In this document: positions 17,697 to 27,206 of the stretch, piece after piece
Numbering within the stretch: position 1 is the stretch's first letter
Layout: the number at the start of each line of letters is the position of its first letter
The notes under the pieces: model-generated
Databases searched by the model: none
Told to the model about the DNA's origin: nothing
Seen by the model: the letters and a program-made list of their open reading frames with translations, nothing else
Sequence record: SRR22947727_447
Strand: one strand, 5' to 3'
Length of the DNA stretch: 47,132 nt
Program-made: the position numbers and the translations under genes

Positions 17697-18338
17697 TTAT
17701 TGGTTCCAGTGAGATGGGTTTTTTCTCCATTCTTTCAAAGTGTCTAGATGGTCAATGCTTACAGTACCCTCTTTAGATGCTTGAGTAATTAAGTGACTGT
17801 AGTCGCTTAGGGTATGCAGGGTGGTATTTTGTTTTTTGAAATTTTCTTCAGCTGTTTCAAATCCATAGGTAAAAATGGCTAACATTCCCATGACTTCTGC
17901 ACCTACCTCTTCAAGTGCTTCAACAGCTTTGAGACTGCTTTTACCTGTTGAAATGAGGTCTTCAATGACCACTACTTTAGCATTTTCTTGTAACTGCCCT
18001 TCAATTTTATTTTGCCTTCCGTGGGATTTTGCTTCAGGTCTAATATAGACAAAAGGGAGCGATAATATTTCAGCAACCAAAAGTCCCATACCAATTGCGC
18101 CTGTAGCAACCCCTGCAATAGCATCTGGATTGGGATAAAGTGTTTTTATTTGATCAGCCATTTTTGAGGCTACAAACTTTCTTGCTTCTGGAAATGAGAG
18201 CACTATCCTGTTGTCACAATAGATGGGAGATTTCCATCCTGAGGCCCAAGAAAAAGGATTTTCTGGTCTCAACTTAATTGCATTAATTTGTAATAATAGT
18301 GCAGCTGTTTGTTTTGCGGTTTCGCTATCTAAAATCAT
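17697..18338 (-). CDS. pyrE: Orotate phosphoribosyltransferase
   Basis: WASGWKSPIYCDNR, PRPP-binding VVVIEDLISTGKS; start revised to ATG 18338 (MILDSETAK). Confidence 0.96.
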   Translation of the reverse strand: MILDSETAKQTAALLLQINAIKLRPENPFSWASGWKSPIYCDNRIVLSFPEARKFVASKMADQIKTLYPNPDAIAGVATGAIGMGLLVAEILSLPFVYIRPEAKSHGRQNKIEGQLQENAKVVVIEDLISTGKSSLKAVEALEEVGAEVMGMLAIFTYGFETAEENFKKQNTTLHTLSDYSHLITQASKEGTVSIDHLDTLKEWRKNPSHWNQ

Positions 18339-18342
18339 GACA

Positions 18343-18350
18343 CAAATGTA
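18343..18350 (-). promoter_or_regulatory. -7 promoter box for pyrE, overlapping the NUDIX start codon
   Basis: Minus strand reads TACATTTG-TGTC-ATG. Confidence 0.7.
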
Positions 18351-18930
18351 TAAAGTTTTTGTGAATGAATCTCCTATGATTCTGACAAATAAACTGGCTG
18401 AATCTGAAGAAAGCACTTATTTTCCTTTAAATGAGGAAGCGATTCAAAAGGCCATTTCAGCACTTTCTAAAAAGAAGCTGGACAAAGCTTACATATACCA
18501 CCCCAATCACGAAGAAATATTGAACAAATTTTCTAAGACCATACCAAGGGTAGTTGCGGCAGGTGGTGTAGTGACCAACCCTCAGGGGAAGGTTCTTTTT
18601 ATATTTAGAAATGATAAATGGGATTTACCCAAGGGTAAAATAGACAAGGGAGAAACAATAGAAGCTGCTGCCATAAGAGAGGTGGAAGAAGAAACCGGTG
18701 TAAAAGGTTTGGAGATTGAAAACTTCTTGAGAACTACCTATCATATATTCAAACGAAACGGGCATTATAAGCTCAAAGAAGTGCACTGGTTTGCTATGAA
18801 AACATCTTATAAAGGCCCTTTATTGGGACAACTAGAAGAGGGTATTGTTAAAGTGAAGTGGAAGGGACCAGATAAAATTAAAAAGGCCCTTCTAAATTCA
18901 TATACCAATATTAAGGTGTTGTTTGAATAA
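18346..18930 (+). CDS. NUDIX hydrolase
   Basis: Nudix box GKIDKGETIEAAAIREVEEETG; start revised to MYKVFVNE (alternative 18337). Confidence 0.92.
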   Translation: MYKVFVNESPMILTNKLAESEESTYFPLNEEAIQKAISALSKKKLDKAYIYHPNHEEILNKFSKTIPRVVAAGGVVTNPQGKVLFIFRNDKWDLPKGKIDKGETIEAAAIREVEEETGVKGLEIENFLRTTYHIFKRNGHYKLKEVHWFAMKTSYKGPLLGQLEEGIVKVKWKGPDKIKKALLNSYTNIKVLFE

Positions 18931-18972
18931 TTTCACAACCAAAACTTTTTTGCTTAAAACTAATTTTTCAAA

Positions 18973-19443
18973 TCACAGTGTTGAAATACCTAAAACGGCA
19001 TTGGGCACTAGACCAGAATAATCACCTCCATGTCTAATAACATCTCTCACAATAGAGGAACTAATATATGATTTGCCTGAAGAAGTCAATAAAAATACTG
19101 TTTCAATTTCAGAGAGTTTTCTGTTGGTGTGGGCAATGGCCTTCTCAAATTCAAAATCAGCAGGGTTTCTTAGCCCTCTAAGAATAAAATTGGCATTGAT
19201 TTCCCTACAGAAATCTACTGTTAGGCCGCTGTAGGTTTGTACGCTAATTTTAGGTTCATCTTTAAATGTTTTACGAAGTATTTCTACACGTTGCTCTAAA
19301 GAAAACATATACTTTTTCTCCGTATTAACACCAACAGCAATAATAAGCGTGTCAAAAAGGGTAATGCCCCTTTGAATGACGTCTAAATGCCCAAGAGTGA
19401 GTGGATCAAAGGATCCTGGAAAAACAGCTATTTTTTTATCCAT
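18973..19443 (-). CDS. coaD: Pantetheine-phosphate adenylyltransferase
   Basis: FPGSFDPLTLGH, LRGLR..DFEFE, ISSSIVR. Confidence 0.97.
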   Translation of the reverse strand: MDKKIAVFPGSFDPLTLGHLDVIQRGITLFDTLIIAVGVNTEKKYMFSLEQRVEILRKTFKDEPKISVQTYSGLTVDFCREINANFILRGLRNPADFEFEKAIAHTNRKLSEIETVFLLTSSGKSYISSSIVRDVIRHGGDYSGLVPNAVLGISTL

Positions 19444-19536
19444 GCGTTAAAATTAAGCAATTTAGTTTTACCCTTAAATTTAAGTAAATTTAAAGTGATT
19501 ATGTAGCTCCCTTTACAAGTGTAAAATATTAAAGAA

Positions 19537-20508
19537 TTACAGTATGGCCAAAAGAGCACTTTCAAATAATTCAGGAAGTGATATTCCAGCCTCCTTTGCT
19601 TGTTGCGGCAGTATACTGTGCTGCGTCATTCCAGGTGTTGTATTTACTTCTAATAAGTGAGGAACATTATTGACTAAAATAAATTCGGACCTGGTAAAAC
19701 CTTTTAGATTTAAAGTGTTGTAAATAAATGTTGCAACAGCTATAATTTTATCTTCTAGTTCCGGTTCAAGGTCAGCAGGGGTAATTTCTGTAGATTTCCC
19801 CTCGTATTTTGCCTGATAATCGAAGAAGTCGTTTTCACTGAGAATTTCAGTGATGGGCAATACTTTGGTTTTTCCCTGGTATTGAATGACTCCAACAGAG
19901 ACTTCTCTTCCCACTAAAGCCGATTCAATAATCACCTCCTTGTCCTCCTTAAATGCAATTTCAAGCGCAGCCTCTATCTGATCTGAAGTATACACCTTAC
20001 TAATTCCATAACTGCTTCCTGACCTATTGGCTTTTACAAAACACGGCAAGCCTACTTTTTTAATAATAGCCTCCTTATTTATTGGGTCACCAAAGTTCAG
20101 ATAATAAGATTTAGCCATGGCAATTCCATAGGGCTTTAGCACACTCAATAAATCTCTTTTATTATAGGTAAGCGCTGCTTGATAAAAATCGCAGGCAGTT
20201 TGGGGAATCCCTAGAAGTTCAAGATAAGCTTGAATTTTACCATCTTCTCCAGGGCTTCCGTGAATGGCATTAAAAACTCCATCAAAAAGGACTTTTTTGT
20301 GGGGAAGTTCAAGGCTAAAATTTTCCTTTTGAATGGCATAGACCGCACCATGATCAGTGGTGTAGGTCCACCTATTTTTTGTGATCACAATTGGGTATAC
20401 TTCATATTTATCAGGGTCTAAGTGCGCCGCAACGACAGCACCACTTTTTAGTGAAATTTCAAATTCACTGGTATAACCGCCCATAATCACTGCAATGGTT
20501 TTTTTCAT
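19537..20508 (-). CDS. ddl: D-alanine--D-alanine ligase
   Basis: GG.TSE.EISLKS, IHGSPGEDG, GSSYG, FFDYQAKY, LEVNTTPGMT. Confidence 0.97.
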   Translation of the reverse strand: MKKTIAVIMGGYTSEFEISLKSGAVVAAHLDPDKYEVYPIVITKNRWTYTTDHGAVYAIQKENFSLELPHKKVLFDGVFNAIHGSPGEDGKIQAYLELLGIPQTACDFYQAALTYNKRDLLSVLKPYGIAMAKSYYLNFGDPINKEAIIKKVGLPCFVKANRSGSSYGISKVYTSDQIEAALEIAFKEDKEVIIESALVGREVSVGVIQYQGKTKVLPITEILSENDFFDYQAKYEGKSTEITPADLEPELEDKIIAVATFIYNTLNLKGFTRSEFILVNNVPHLLEVNTTPGMTQHSILPQQAKEAGISLPELFESALLAIL

Positions 20509-20565
20509 TGGAAAGCACTTTTATAATTTATTGAGCACTGGGAATTACTAACACAAAGGTTTTGC

Positions 20566-20573
20566 TATCTTTG
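20566..20573 (+). promoter_or_regulatory. -7 promoter box for the PASTA gene
   Basis: TATCTTTG matches TAnnTTTG, 18 nt upstream of ATG 20592. Confidence 0.7.
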
Positions 20574-20591
20574 TGCCAATCGCTAAGCGCA

Positions 20592-21188
20592 ATGAAAAAT
20601 AGTATACTTTTTTTAAAAAGCCGGTTTTTTTTAAAACAAATCTTAGGAGCCCTCTTGGTATTATTCCTTCTTGTGGTCATTAGTATGCAAATGTTGGCTT
20701 GGACTACGGAACACGGTAATTATATTGTAGTACCAGATTTGAGCAAAAAGGACATTAATGAGGTGGCCAATATTTTAGCCGCCCAATCATTGAGGTTTCA
20801 AGTGATAGATTCTGCTAATTTTAGAAGTGATTTTCCAAAAAATGCTGTCATTAGTCAAAAACCATTGGCAGGTAGTGAAGTAAAAGTTAATAAGAAAATT
20901 TATTTGCAGCTAAATCCATCTGGATATGCCAATATAAGTTTGCCTGAATTGGTCCAAGTAACAAAAAGAAACGCGACTTCTAAATTACAAGCAGTTGGTT
21001 TAACAGTAGAAAAAGTTACTTATATAGATGCCTTAGGCAAGAATATGGTCTATGGGATTAAGTACAATAATAAGCTCATCAAACCCGGTTTTAAATTGCC
21101 AAAAATGTCAGGAATAGAACTCATTTGTGGCAATGGAAACAGGCCCGAAAATGAGACACCTAATTTAAACCAGTTGCTTCGAGAATAA
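20592..21188 (+). CDS. Membrane-anchored PASTA-domain protein
   Basis: N-terminal TM; VVPDL...VISQKPLAGSEVK and LPELV...A..KL..VGL repeats; start revised to ATG 20592. Confidence 0.88.
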   Translation: MKNSILFLKSRFFLKQILGALLVLFLLVVISMQMLAWTTEHGNYIVVPDLSKKDINEVANILAAQSLRFQVIDSANFRSDFPKNAVISQKPLAGSEVKVNKKIYLQLNPSGYANISLPELVQVTKRNATSKLQAVGLTVEKVTYIDALGKNMVYGIKYNNKLIKPGFKLPKMSGIELICGNGNRPENETPNLNQLLRE

Positions 21189-21294
21189 AAAATGACATCC
21201 GTAATTTAAACCAGGTCAATCCAAAATATATACTGTCTCCAAATTAGAAATTGTTTCTAATTTTTTATCCCTACACTTTTTTAAACCACCAACA

Positions 21295-22434
21295 ATGTCC
21301 CAAACAGATTCAAGTTCTCCTTTAGATTCTTTAAATAAATCCCATCAGGACCCTCAACTAGGGCCTGGTGCTTTAATAAAAGATTCTTCTTTAGGGGCAC
21401 AAGAATCTCAAGATCTAGAGCTTGAAGACCAGGAGTCTGAAGGTCTTTTTGAGCATTTTAGTTTTATTGCATCAAAAGGACAGGAACCGCTTAGAATAGA
21501 TAAATACCTCATGAATTTCATTGAGAATGCTACGAGAAATAAAATCCAACAAGCAGCAAAAGAGGGTCATATTTGGGTCAATGATTTAGTTGTAAAGCAA
21601 AACTATAAGGTAAAGGCGGGAGACCAAATTAAGGTGATGTTCACTCACCCTCCCTATGAGTTTCTTCTTACGCCAGAAGACATTCCTTTAGACGTAGTAT
21701 ATGAAGACTCAGACCTCATGGTGGTCAATAAGCCACCGGGTATGGTGGTACATCCAGGTCATGGGAATTATTCAGGAACATTGATTAATGCCCTATTGTT
21801 TCATGTCAAAGACCTTCCTTTAAATGCAGATGAAAGACCTGGACTTGTGCATAGAATAGACAAAGACACTTCTGGTTTATTGGTGGTGGCAAAGACCGCT
21901 AAAGCCATGACTCATTTGGCCAAACAGTTTTTTGACAAAACTTCTGAGCGTGAGTATGTAGCCATTGTGTGGGGCAATGTAGAAGAGGAGCAGGGGACAG
22001 TAAGAGGCCACATAGGGAGGCATCCAAAGAATAGGTTACAAATGGCTGTTTTTCCAGATGGAGATCAAGGAAAGGAAGCGGTAACTCATTATAAAGTCAT
22101 GGAAAGATTGGGCTATGTAACCCTGGTTTCTTGTGTATTAGAGACAGGAAGAACCCACCAGATTAGAGCGCATATGAAACATATTGGACATACTTTGTTC
22201 AATGACGAACGATACGGCGGAGAGAAAATTTTAAAAGGCACAACATTTACTAAGTACAAGCAATTTGTAGACAACGCATTTAAGGCGTTGCCAAGGCAAG
22301 CCTTGCATGCCAAAACCCTTGGTTTTGTGCATCCGAGCTCTGGCGAGCTCATGCGTTTTAATACCCCTATTCCAGAAGATATGGTATTGTGTATTGAAAA
22401 GTGGCGCGCCTATGCGCAACACCAACAAGAGTAG
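21295..22434 (+). CDS. RluA-family (RluD-like) pseudouridine synthase with S4 domain
   Basis: RIDKYL, VNKPPGMVVHP, catalytic HRIDKDTSG, LETGRTHQIRAH, QALHA. Confidence 0.95.
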   Translation: MSQTDSSSPLDSLNKSHQDPQLGPGALIKDSSLGAQESQDLELEDQESEGLFEHFSFIASKGQEPLRIDKYLMNFIENATRNKIQQAAKEGHIWVNDLVVKQNYKVKAGDQIKVMFTHPPYEFLLTPEDIPLDVVYEDSDLMVVNKPPGMVVHPGHGNYSGTLINALLFHVKDLPLNADERPGLVHRIDKDTSGLLVVAKTAKAMTHLAKQFFDKTSEREYVAIVWGNVEEEQGTVRGHIGRHPKNRLQMAVFPDGDQGKEAVTHYKVMERLGYVTLVSCVLETGRTHQIRAHMKHIGHTLFNDERYGGEKILKGTTFTKYKQFVDNAFKALPRQALHAKTLGFVHPSSGELMRFNTPIPEDMVLCIEKWRAYAQHQQE

Positions 22435-22499
22435 GCTATTTTTAAAGGAGTTTTAAAAATCCCTAAAAACGTGTATTTTTATGCTAAAATTCATTTGCT

Positions 22500-23261
22500 A
22501 TGAAATTTATTATATCCCCTGCCAAATCTTTAGACTTTGAAACAGCACTCCCTACAACCCAATATAGTGAGCCCGTATTTCTAGATCAATCTAAGACCAT
22601 TAACACTACATTGGCCAAAAAAAAGCCATCAGATCTTGGAGCGCTAATGCATATTTCTGATAAGTTGTCTCAGTTAAACTGGCAACGGAATCAGGATTTT
22701 TCACTGCCATTTACCCCAGCCAATGCCAGACCTGCTATTTATACTTTTAGTGGAGACGTATATCAGGGCATAGATGTTTTTTCAATGAACCAAAAAGAGG
22801 TAAATGCCTTGCAAAACCAATTGCATATTCTCTCTGGTTTATATGGTATATTAAAGCCTTTAGACCTCATTCAAGCCTACCGATTAGAAATGGGTACTTC
22901 CTTAGCCATTGGGACTCATAACAACCTGTATGGTTTTTGGAAGAACACCCTAACTGCGCATTTAAATGAGCAAATGGAGGCCTCAGAAATTTTAGTAAAC
23001 TTAGCCAGTAATGAATATTTTTCTGCGCTCAATTCAAAAGAACTTAATATGCAAGTGGTGTCTCCAGTGTTTAAAGACTGGAAAAACGACAAACTAAAAA
23101 TCATTAGCTTTTATGCTAAAAAAGCTAGGGGGCTCATGGTACGTTATGCCATTCAAAACAACATTCAAGACTTAGAAGGAATTCTAGGATTTAATTTAGA
23201 GGGCTATGCCTATAGTCCAGATGAAACAAAAGATCCAATGACACCTGTTTTTGTGAGATAG
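22500..23261 (+). CDS. yaaA: Peroxide stress protein YaaA (UPF0246)
   Basis: ISPAKSLD, LSGLYG.L.PLD.IQAYRLEMG, NLASNEY, SFYAKKARG. Confidence 0.95.
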   Translation: MKFIISPAKSLDFETALPTTQYSEPVFLDQSKTINTTLAKKKPSDLGALMHISDKLSQLNWQRNQDFSLPFTPANARPAIYTFSGDVYQGIDVFSMNQKEVNALQNQLHILSGLYGILKPLDLIQAYRLEMGTSLAIGTHNNLYGFWKNTLTAHLNEQMEASEILVNLASNEYFSALNSKELNMQVVSPVFKDWKNDKLKIISFYAKKARGLMVRYAIQNNIQDLEGILGFNLEGYAYSPDETKDPMTPVFVR

Positions 23262-23266
23262 GCTGT

Positions 23267-23310
23267 TTCAAGACATTTCCACTTCAAGACATTTCCACTT
23301 CAACATATTT
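23267..23310. repeat. 16-bp tandem repeat, 2 exact copies plus 1 degenerate partial copy
   Basis: TTCAAGACATTTCCAC at 23267 and 23283, then TTCAACATATTT at 23299. Confidence 0.85.
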
Positions 23311-23379
23311 TAGATAAGGCAATCCTTGTTTATAAAGACGGTTAAATACCTAGCATCAGATTTTTATGGTGTTCAATGC

Positions 23380-24876
23380 CTATTCAAAAGGACTGCTCAA
23401 TAAGCTGTAAAAGGTTTTTATTCCGTACTCAATCTGACCAATCTTCAAGTTTTCATTTGGACTGTGTTGGTTGTTGTCCGGGTTTACCATGGGTAAAATA
23501 TAGGCAGGAATTTTTAAGGCATTTACAAAGGGAGCAATAGGTACAGTACCTCCCATAGTTCTAATCTGCACCACCTCAGTATTGAAATTATTTTCCAATA
23601 AAGATTTTAAATGCCCTCCAAAAGGCAGGCTCAAATCTGTTCTAAATGCAGGCGTTACAGATCCCTTTTCGAGTCGTATCACTTTGGGATAGGCCATTCT
23701 ATCTGCTTTTGAAGGCTCCTCACTAAAAATAGTGTAGCCTTGTTTTTTTAAGTGTGCTTCTACTAAATTTTGTAAGTGTTCTCCTTTGGTTTCAGGCACC
23801 AATCTTAAATCAATCTCAACAGTAGCTTTGTCAGGTACAATCGTTCTGGCTTGGTCTCCCACCCAGCCACTGGACATTCCCCTCACATTCAGGGAAGGAA
23901 ACTGTAGCGCATGCTGATAAAATTCTCCCACCGCATCTGGCTGGTGAATCCCCAATAATTCTTTCAGGTATTCTGCTGAGTCGGGCACTGCTTTCAAAAC
24001 AGCCCTATCGGATTCGCTCAGTGTAATACCGTCATAATATCCCGTTACCAATGCCTTTCCATCGGGAGATTTTAAACTGGATAGGAGGTGGGCCATTTCA
24101 AAAGCAGGGTTTGGCGCATAATTACCATAGTGACCAGAGTGTTGTGGTTTTATGGGACCGTAGGTAGACACCCTCAAGGTAGTAATCCCCCTACATCCAT
24201 ACACAATAGTAGGCTGTCCAGAGGCGTGAACAGGACCATCATTAATGATCAGATAGTCCGCTTCCAATAAGTCTTTATAAGTATTTACTGCTTTAGCGAG
24301 TGGCTTGCTGCTCTTTTCTTCTTCTCCGTCTAAGACCACCTTAATATTGAAAGGTAAAACCACCTTATTCTTTTTCAATAGGTCTAAGCTATTTAACAGC
24401 ATCACAATAGGTCCCTTGTCGTCAGAAGTAGACCTACCATAAAGCCTCCAATCCATTGGAATATCTTCATTTAATTCCTCAAAAGGAGTGGTTTCCCACT
24501 GGTCACCTACTGGCTTTTTAAGCACCACCTCATAAGGATTTTCCTGATCCCATAATTCTGGAGCCACCGGTTGGCCGTCTAAATGCATATAAAACAGCAA
24601 AGTCTTTTTAGCAGGATCCATTGGAAGGGCAGCAAAGAAGAGGGGTAAACCATCTGTGGGAAGTACTGCTGTATTGAAGCCTCTGTCGCTAAATTTTTCT
24701 GTGAGCCAAGTGATGTTTCGGTTAATATCTGCAGGCATATTTGCGTCATTGGGAATGGCTACAAAATCCCTAAGTTCATCTATGGAATGTCTCACCTGAC
24801 CCTTAATTTCAGCGGGTGTCTGGGCAATAGCCGCGGAGGTAAAAAACAATAAAAGAAAATGGCTGAGGTTTTTCAT
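23380..24876 (-). CDS. Exported M20/M25/M40 family metallo-hydrolase
   Basis: Signal peptide; metal-ligand motifs HLDGQP, SDDKGP, GEEE, QHSPNE; HSGHYG dimerisation motif. Confidence 0.9.
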   Translation of the reverse strand: MKNLSHFLLLFFTSAAIAQTPAEIKGQVRHSIDELRDFVAIPNDANMPADINRNITWLTEKFSDRGFNTAVLPTDGLPLFFAALPMDPAKKTLLFYMHLDGQPVAPELWDQENPYEVVLKKPVGDQWETTPFEELNEDIPMDWRLYGRSTSDDKGPIVMLLNSLDLLKKNKVVLPFNIKVVLDGEEEKSSKPLAKAVNTYKDLLEADYLIINDGPVHASGQPTIVYGCRGITTLRVSTYGPIKPQHSGHYGNYAPNPAFEMAHLLSSLKSPDGKALVTGYYDGITLSESDRAVLKAVPDSAEYLKELLGIHQPDAVGEFYQHALQFPSLNVRGMSSGWVGDQARTIVPDKATVEIDLRLVPETKGEHLQNLVEAHLKKQGYTIFSEEPSKADRMAYPKVIRLEKGSVTPAFRTDLSLPFGGHLKSLLENNFNTEVVQIRTMGGTVPIAPFVNALKIPAYILPMVNPDNNQHSPNENLKIGQIEYGIKTFYSLLSSPFE

Positions 24877-24895
24877 ATAGCAGGTGTTTTTATAG

Positions 24896-25135
24896 TTATT
24901 TCTTACCTAAAGATAGCCCTTTAAAGATAAGTGCAAGTGTTAATAAGATAAAGGGGGCACCATGAAAAAAAGTATCCCACCAATCAATGAGTTGCATGCC
25001 TTTGGCGCCGCCTTGAATCCACTTTATTTTGCCCCAAATGTGAGGTTCTGGATTAAAAGGGGCTAGCCCGAGGGTGACGCTCAATAGGGCAATAAGGCCC
25101 AAGTTTTTGATTAGAAAATTTTTAAAATAATTCAT
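24896..25135 (-). CDS. Small membrane protein of unknown function
   Basis: 79 aa, two hydrophobic segments flanking LGLAPF.PEPHI.GK.KW...D..D..FHG. Confidence 0.75.
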   Translation of the reverse strand: MNYFKNFLIKNLGLIALLSVTLGLAPFNPEPHIWGKIKWIQGGAKGMQLIDWWDTFFHGAPFILLTLALIFKGLSLGKK

Positions 25136-25220
25136 TTGGTTTGGTTTTGAGCCCTCAAAATTTATATTCGAACATAAGAGAAGCGATGTGATAAATAAGC
25201 TACCGTTTTTTGAATCTAAG

Positions 25221-26009
25221 CTATTCTGGACGCAGACTTTGTATGAACGGGGCTATTCCTGCAAGCCCTTTTTCTGTGATGGTCTTAATAAAAGCAGATC
25301 CAATAATGGCTCCTGAAGTGTGTTTTGTAGCTTGAGTAAAGGTGTGTGCATCATGTATTCCAAATCCAACCACCAAAGGGTTTTTGAGCTTCATATTCGC
25401 AATTCTTTCAAAATAAGCTTCTTGTTCCGGGCCAAAACCACTTTTGCTGCCTGTTACAGAGGCTGTGCTTACCAGATATATGAAACTATCAGAAGCCTTG
25501 TCTATTTCTCTAATTCGGGCATCTGAGGTTTGAGGGGTGATTAAAAAGATGTTTTTAATCCCGTATTTTTCATACATAGCGGCGTAGTGCTGCTTATACT
25601 CTGCTAGTGGTAGGTCTGGCATGATAATCCCATCTATTCCTATCTGGGCACACTCTTTTAAAAAAGCATCTACGCCGTATTGTAGCATGGGGTTAAAATA
25701 GCCCATGACAATTAAGGGAATGTGAATGCTTTTTCGAATGTCTTTTAATTGGTCAAAAAGTAATTGGGTGCTCATTCCATTTTTTAGTGCTGTTGTGGAG
25801 CTATCTTGAATGGTTGGACCGTCTGCTAAAGGATCACTAAAAGGAAGTCCTATTTCTACTAAATCTACCCCACTGTCTTGCAGTTGCTGTAATACTTTGG
25901 TAGTGTCTTCTTTTTCGGGGTAGCCTGCGGTAAAGTATATGGACAGCACTTTTTTGGGGTCTGCCATTCGGGTATTAATTCTATTGGGTACGAGCGTAGC
26001 TTGTGACAT
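25221..26009 (-). CDS. trpA: Tryptophan synthase alpha chain
   Basis: EIGLPFSDPLADGPTIQ, SVTG, VGFGI, IIGSA. Confidence 0.97.
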   Translation of the reverse strand: MSQATLVPNRINTRMADPKKVLSIYFTAGYPEKEDTTKVLQQLQDSGVDLVEIGLPFSDPLADGPTIQDSSTTALKNGMSTQLLFDQLKDIRKSIHIPLIVMGYFNPMLQYGVDAFLKECAQIGIDGIIMPDLPLAEYKQHYAAMYEKYGIKNIFLITPQTSDARIREIDKASDSFIYLVSTASVTGSKSGFGPEQEAYFERIANMKLKNPLVVGFGIHDAHTFTQATKHTSGAIIGSAFIKTITEKGLAGIAPFIQSLRPE

Positions 26010-26018
26010 GTTGCTTAT

Positions 26019-27206
26019 TTATAATTTAAAATAATCTATGTAGGTATTTAAGTCTTTGTCTCCTCGGCCAGATAAGTTAACTACTACCACTTCTTCTTTA
26101 CCAAAAGGCCTGTTTTCAAAAATGGCAAAGGCGTGAGAAGTCTCAATTGCAGGTATAATCCCCTCCATTTTAGATACCAGTAATCCTGCAGCCATGGCAT
26201 CTTGATCTGTTACTGAAATAAACTCCGCTCTTTTAGATTCAAATAAATGGGCATGCATTGGACCTACTCCTGGATAATCTAAGCCCGCAGATATAGAGTA
26301 AGGCTCGGTAATTTGTCCGTCTTGGGTTTGCATGAGTAGGGTTTTACTTCCGTGAATAATGCCTTCTTTTCCCAGTGCAGAGGTAGCAGCACTTTCTCCG
26401 GTATGAATTCCTTTTCCAGCGGCTTCTACCGCAATAATATTTACTTCAGGGGTATCTAAAAAATGGTAGTAAGCTCCAGCGGCATTACTTCCTCCACCCA
26501 CACATGCAACTACATGGTCTGGATTTTCACGACCCTCTTTTTCTAATAATTGGCTTTTAATTTCCTTAGAGATCACAGATTGAAAGCGAGCCACCATATC
26601 AGGATAAGGATGAGGACCTACTACAGAACCAATAATATAATGGGTGTTCACAGGGTTGTTAATCCAATCCCTAATGGCTTCGTTGGTTGCGTCTTTAAGG
26701 GTTTTACTTCCAGATTCAGCCGCCCTAACTGTAGCACCTAGCATCTTCATTCTAGCCACATTTGGGGCCTGTCTTTTAATATCTACAGCACCCATATAAA
26801 CAATACATTCCATGCCCATTAACGCACAGACTGTAGCAGTAGCTACACCGTGTTGTCCTGCTCCGGTCTCTGCAATAATTCTTGTTTTACCCAGTCTTTT
26901 AGCCATCAGGATTTGGCCAATGGTATTGTTAACCTTGTGCGCTCCAGTATGGCATAAGTCTTCTCTTTTAAGATAGATCTTAGTGTTGTACAGTGCAGAG
27001 AGTCTTTCCGAAAAATAAAGTGGGGTAGGCCTTCCTACATAATCTCTAAGGAGATAGTCAAATTCTTTTTTAAAACTTTCAGAGCCCATAATATCTAAAT
27101 ATTGGGTCCTGAGTTCTTCTGTATTTGGAAATAGCATTTCAGGAATATAAGCCCCTCCAAAAGAGCCGTAATATCCATTTTCATCTACGTGGTGTGTTTT
27201 TTTCAT
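26019..27206 (-). CDS. trpB: Tryptophan synthase beta chain
   Basis: [12 protein letters not shown] (PLP Lys), [31 protein letters not shown]. Confidence 0.98.
   Translation of the reverse strand: MKKTHHVDENGYYGSFGGAYIPEMLFPNTEELRTQYLDIMGSESFKKEFDYLLRDYVGRPTPLYFSERLSALYNTKIYLKREDLCHTGAHKVNNTIGQILMAKRLGKTRIIAETGAGQHGVATATVCALMGMECIVYMGAVDIKRQAPNVARMKMLGATVRAAESGSKTLKDATNEAIRDWINNPVNTHYIIGSVVGPHPYPDMVARFQSVISKEIKSQLLEKEGRENPDHVVACVGGGSNAAGAYYHFLDTPEVNIIAVEAAGKGIHTGESAATSALGKEGIIHGSKTLLMQTQDGQITEPYSISAGLDYPGVGPMHAHLFESKRAEFISVTDQDAMAAGLLVSKMEGIIPAIETSHAFAIFENRPFGKEEVVVVNLSGRGDKDLNTYIDYFKL

Noticed and set aside
18223..18416. Apparent 194-bp antisense overlap of the pyrE and NUDIX ORFs
   Set aside because: It arises from longest-ORF start choice. 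Family-like N-termini begin at 18338 and 18346, and a promoter box lies within the supposed pyrE extension.
19537..20508. ddl as a possible Van-type D-Ala-D-Lac ligase
   Set aside because: The omega loop reads DYQAKY with the Tyr typical of D-Ala-D-Ala ligases, and there are no vanH/vanX neighbours.
23267..23310. Repeat as a possible mini-CRISPR
   Set aside because: The units are 16 bp, directly adjacent with no spacers, and there are no cas genes in the window.
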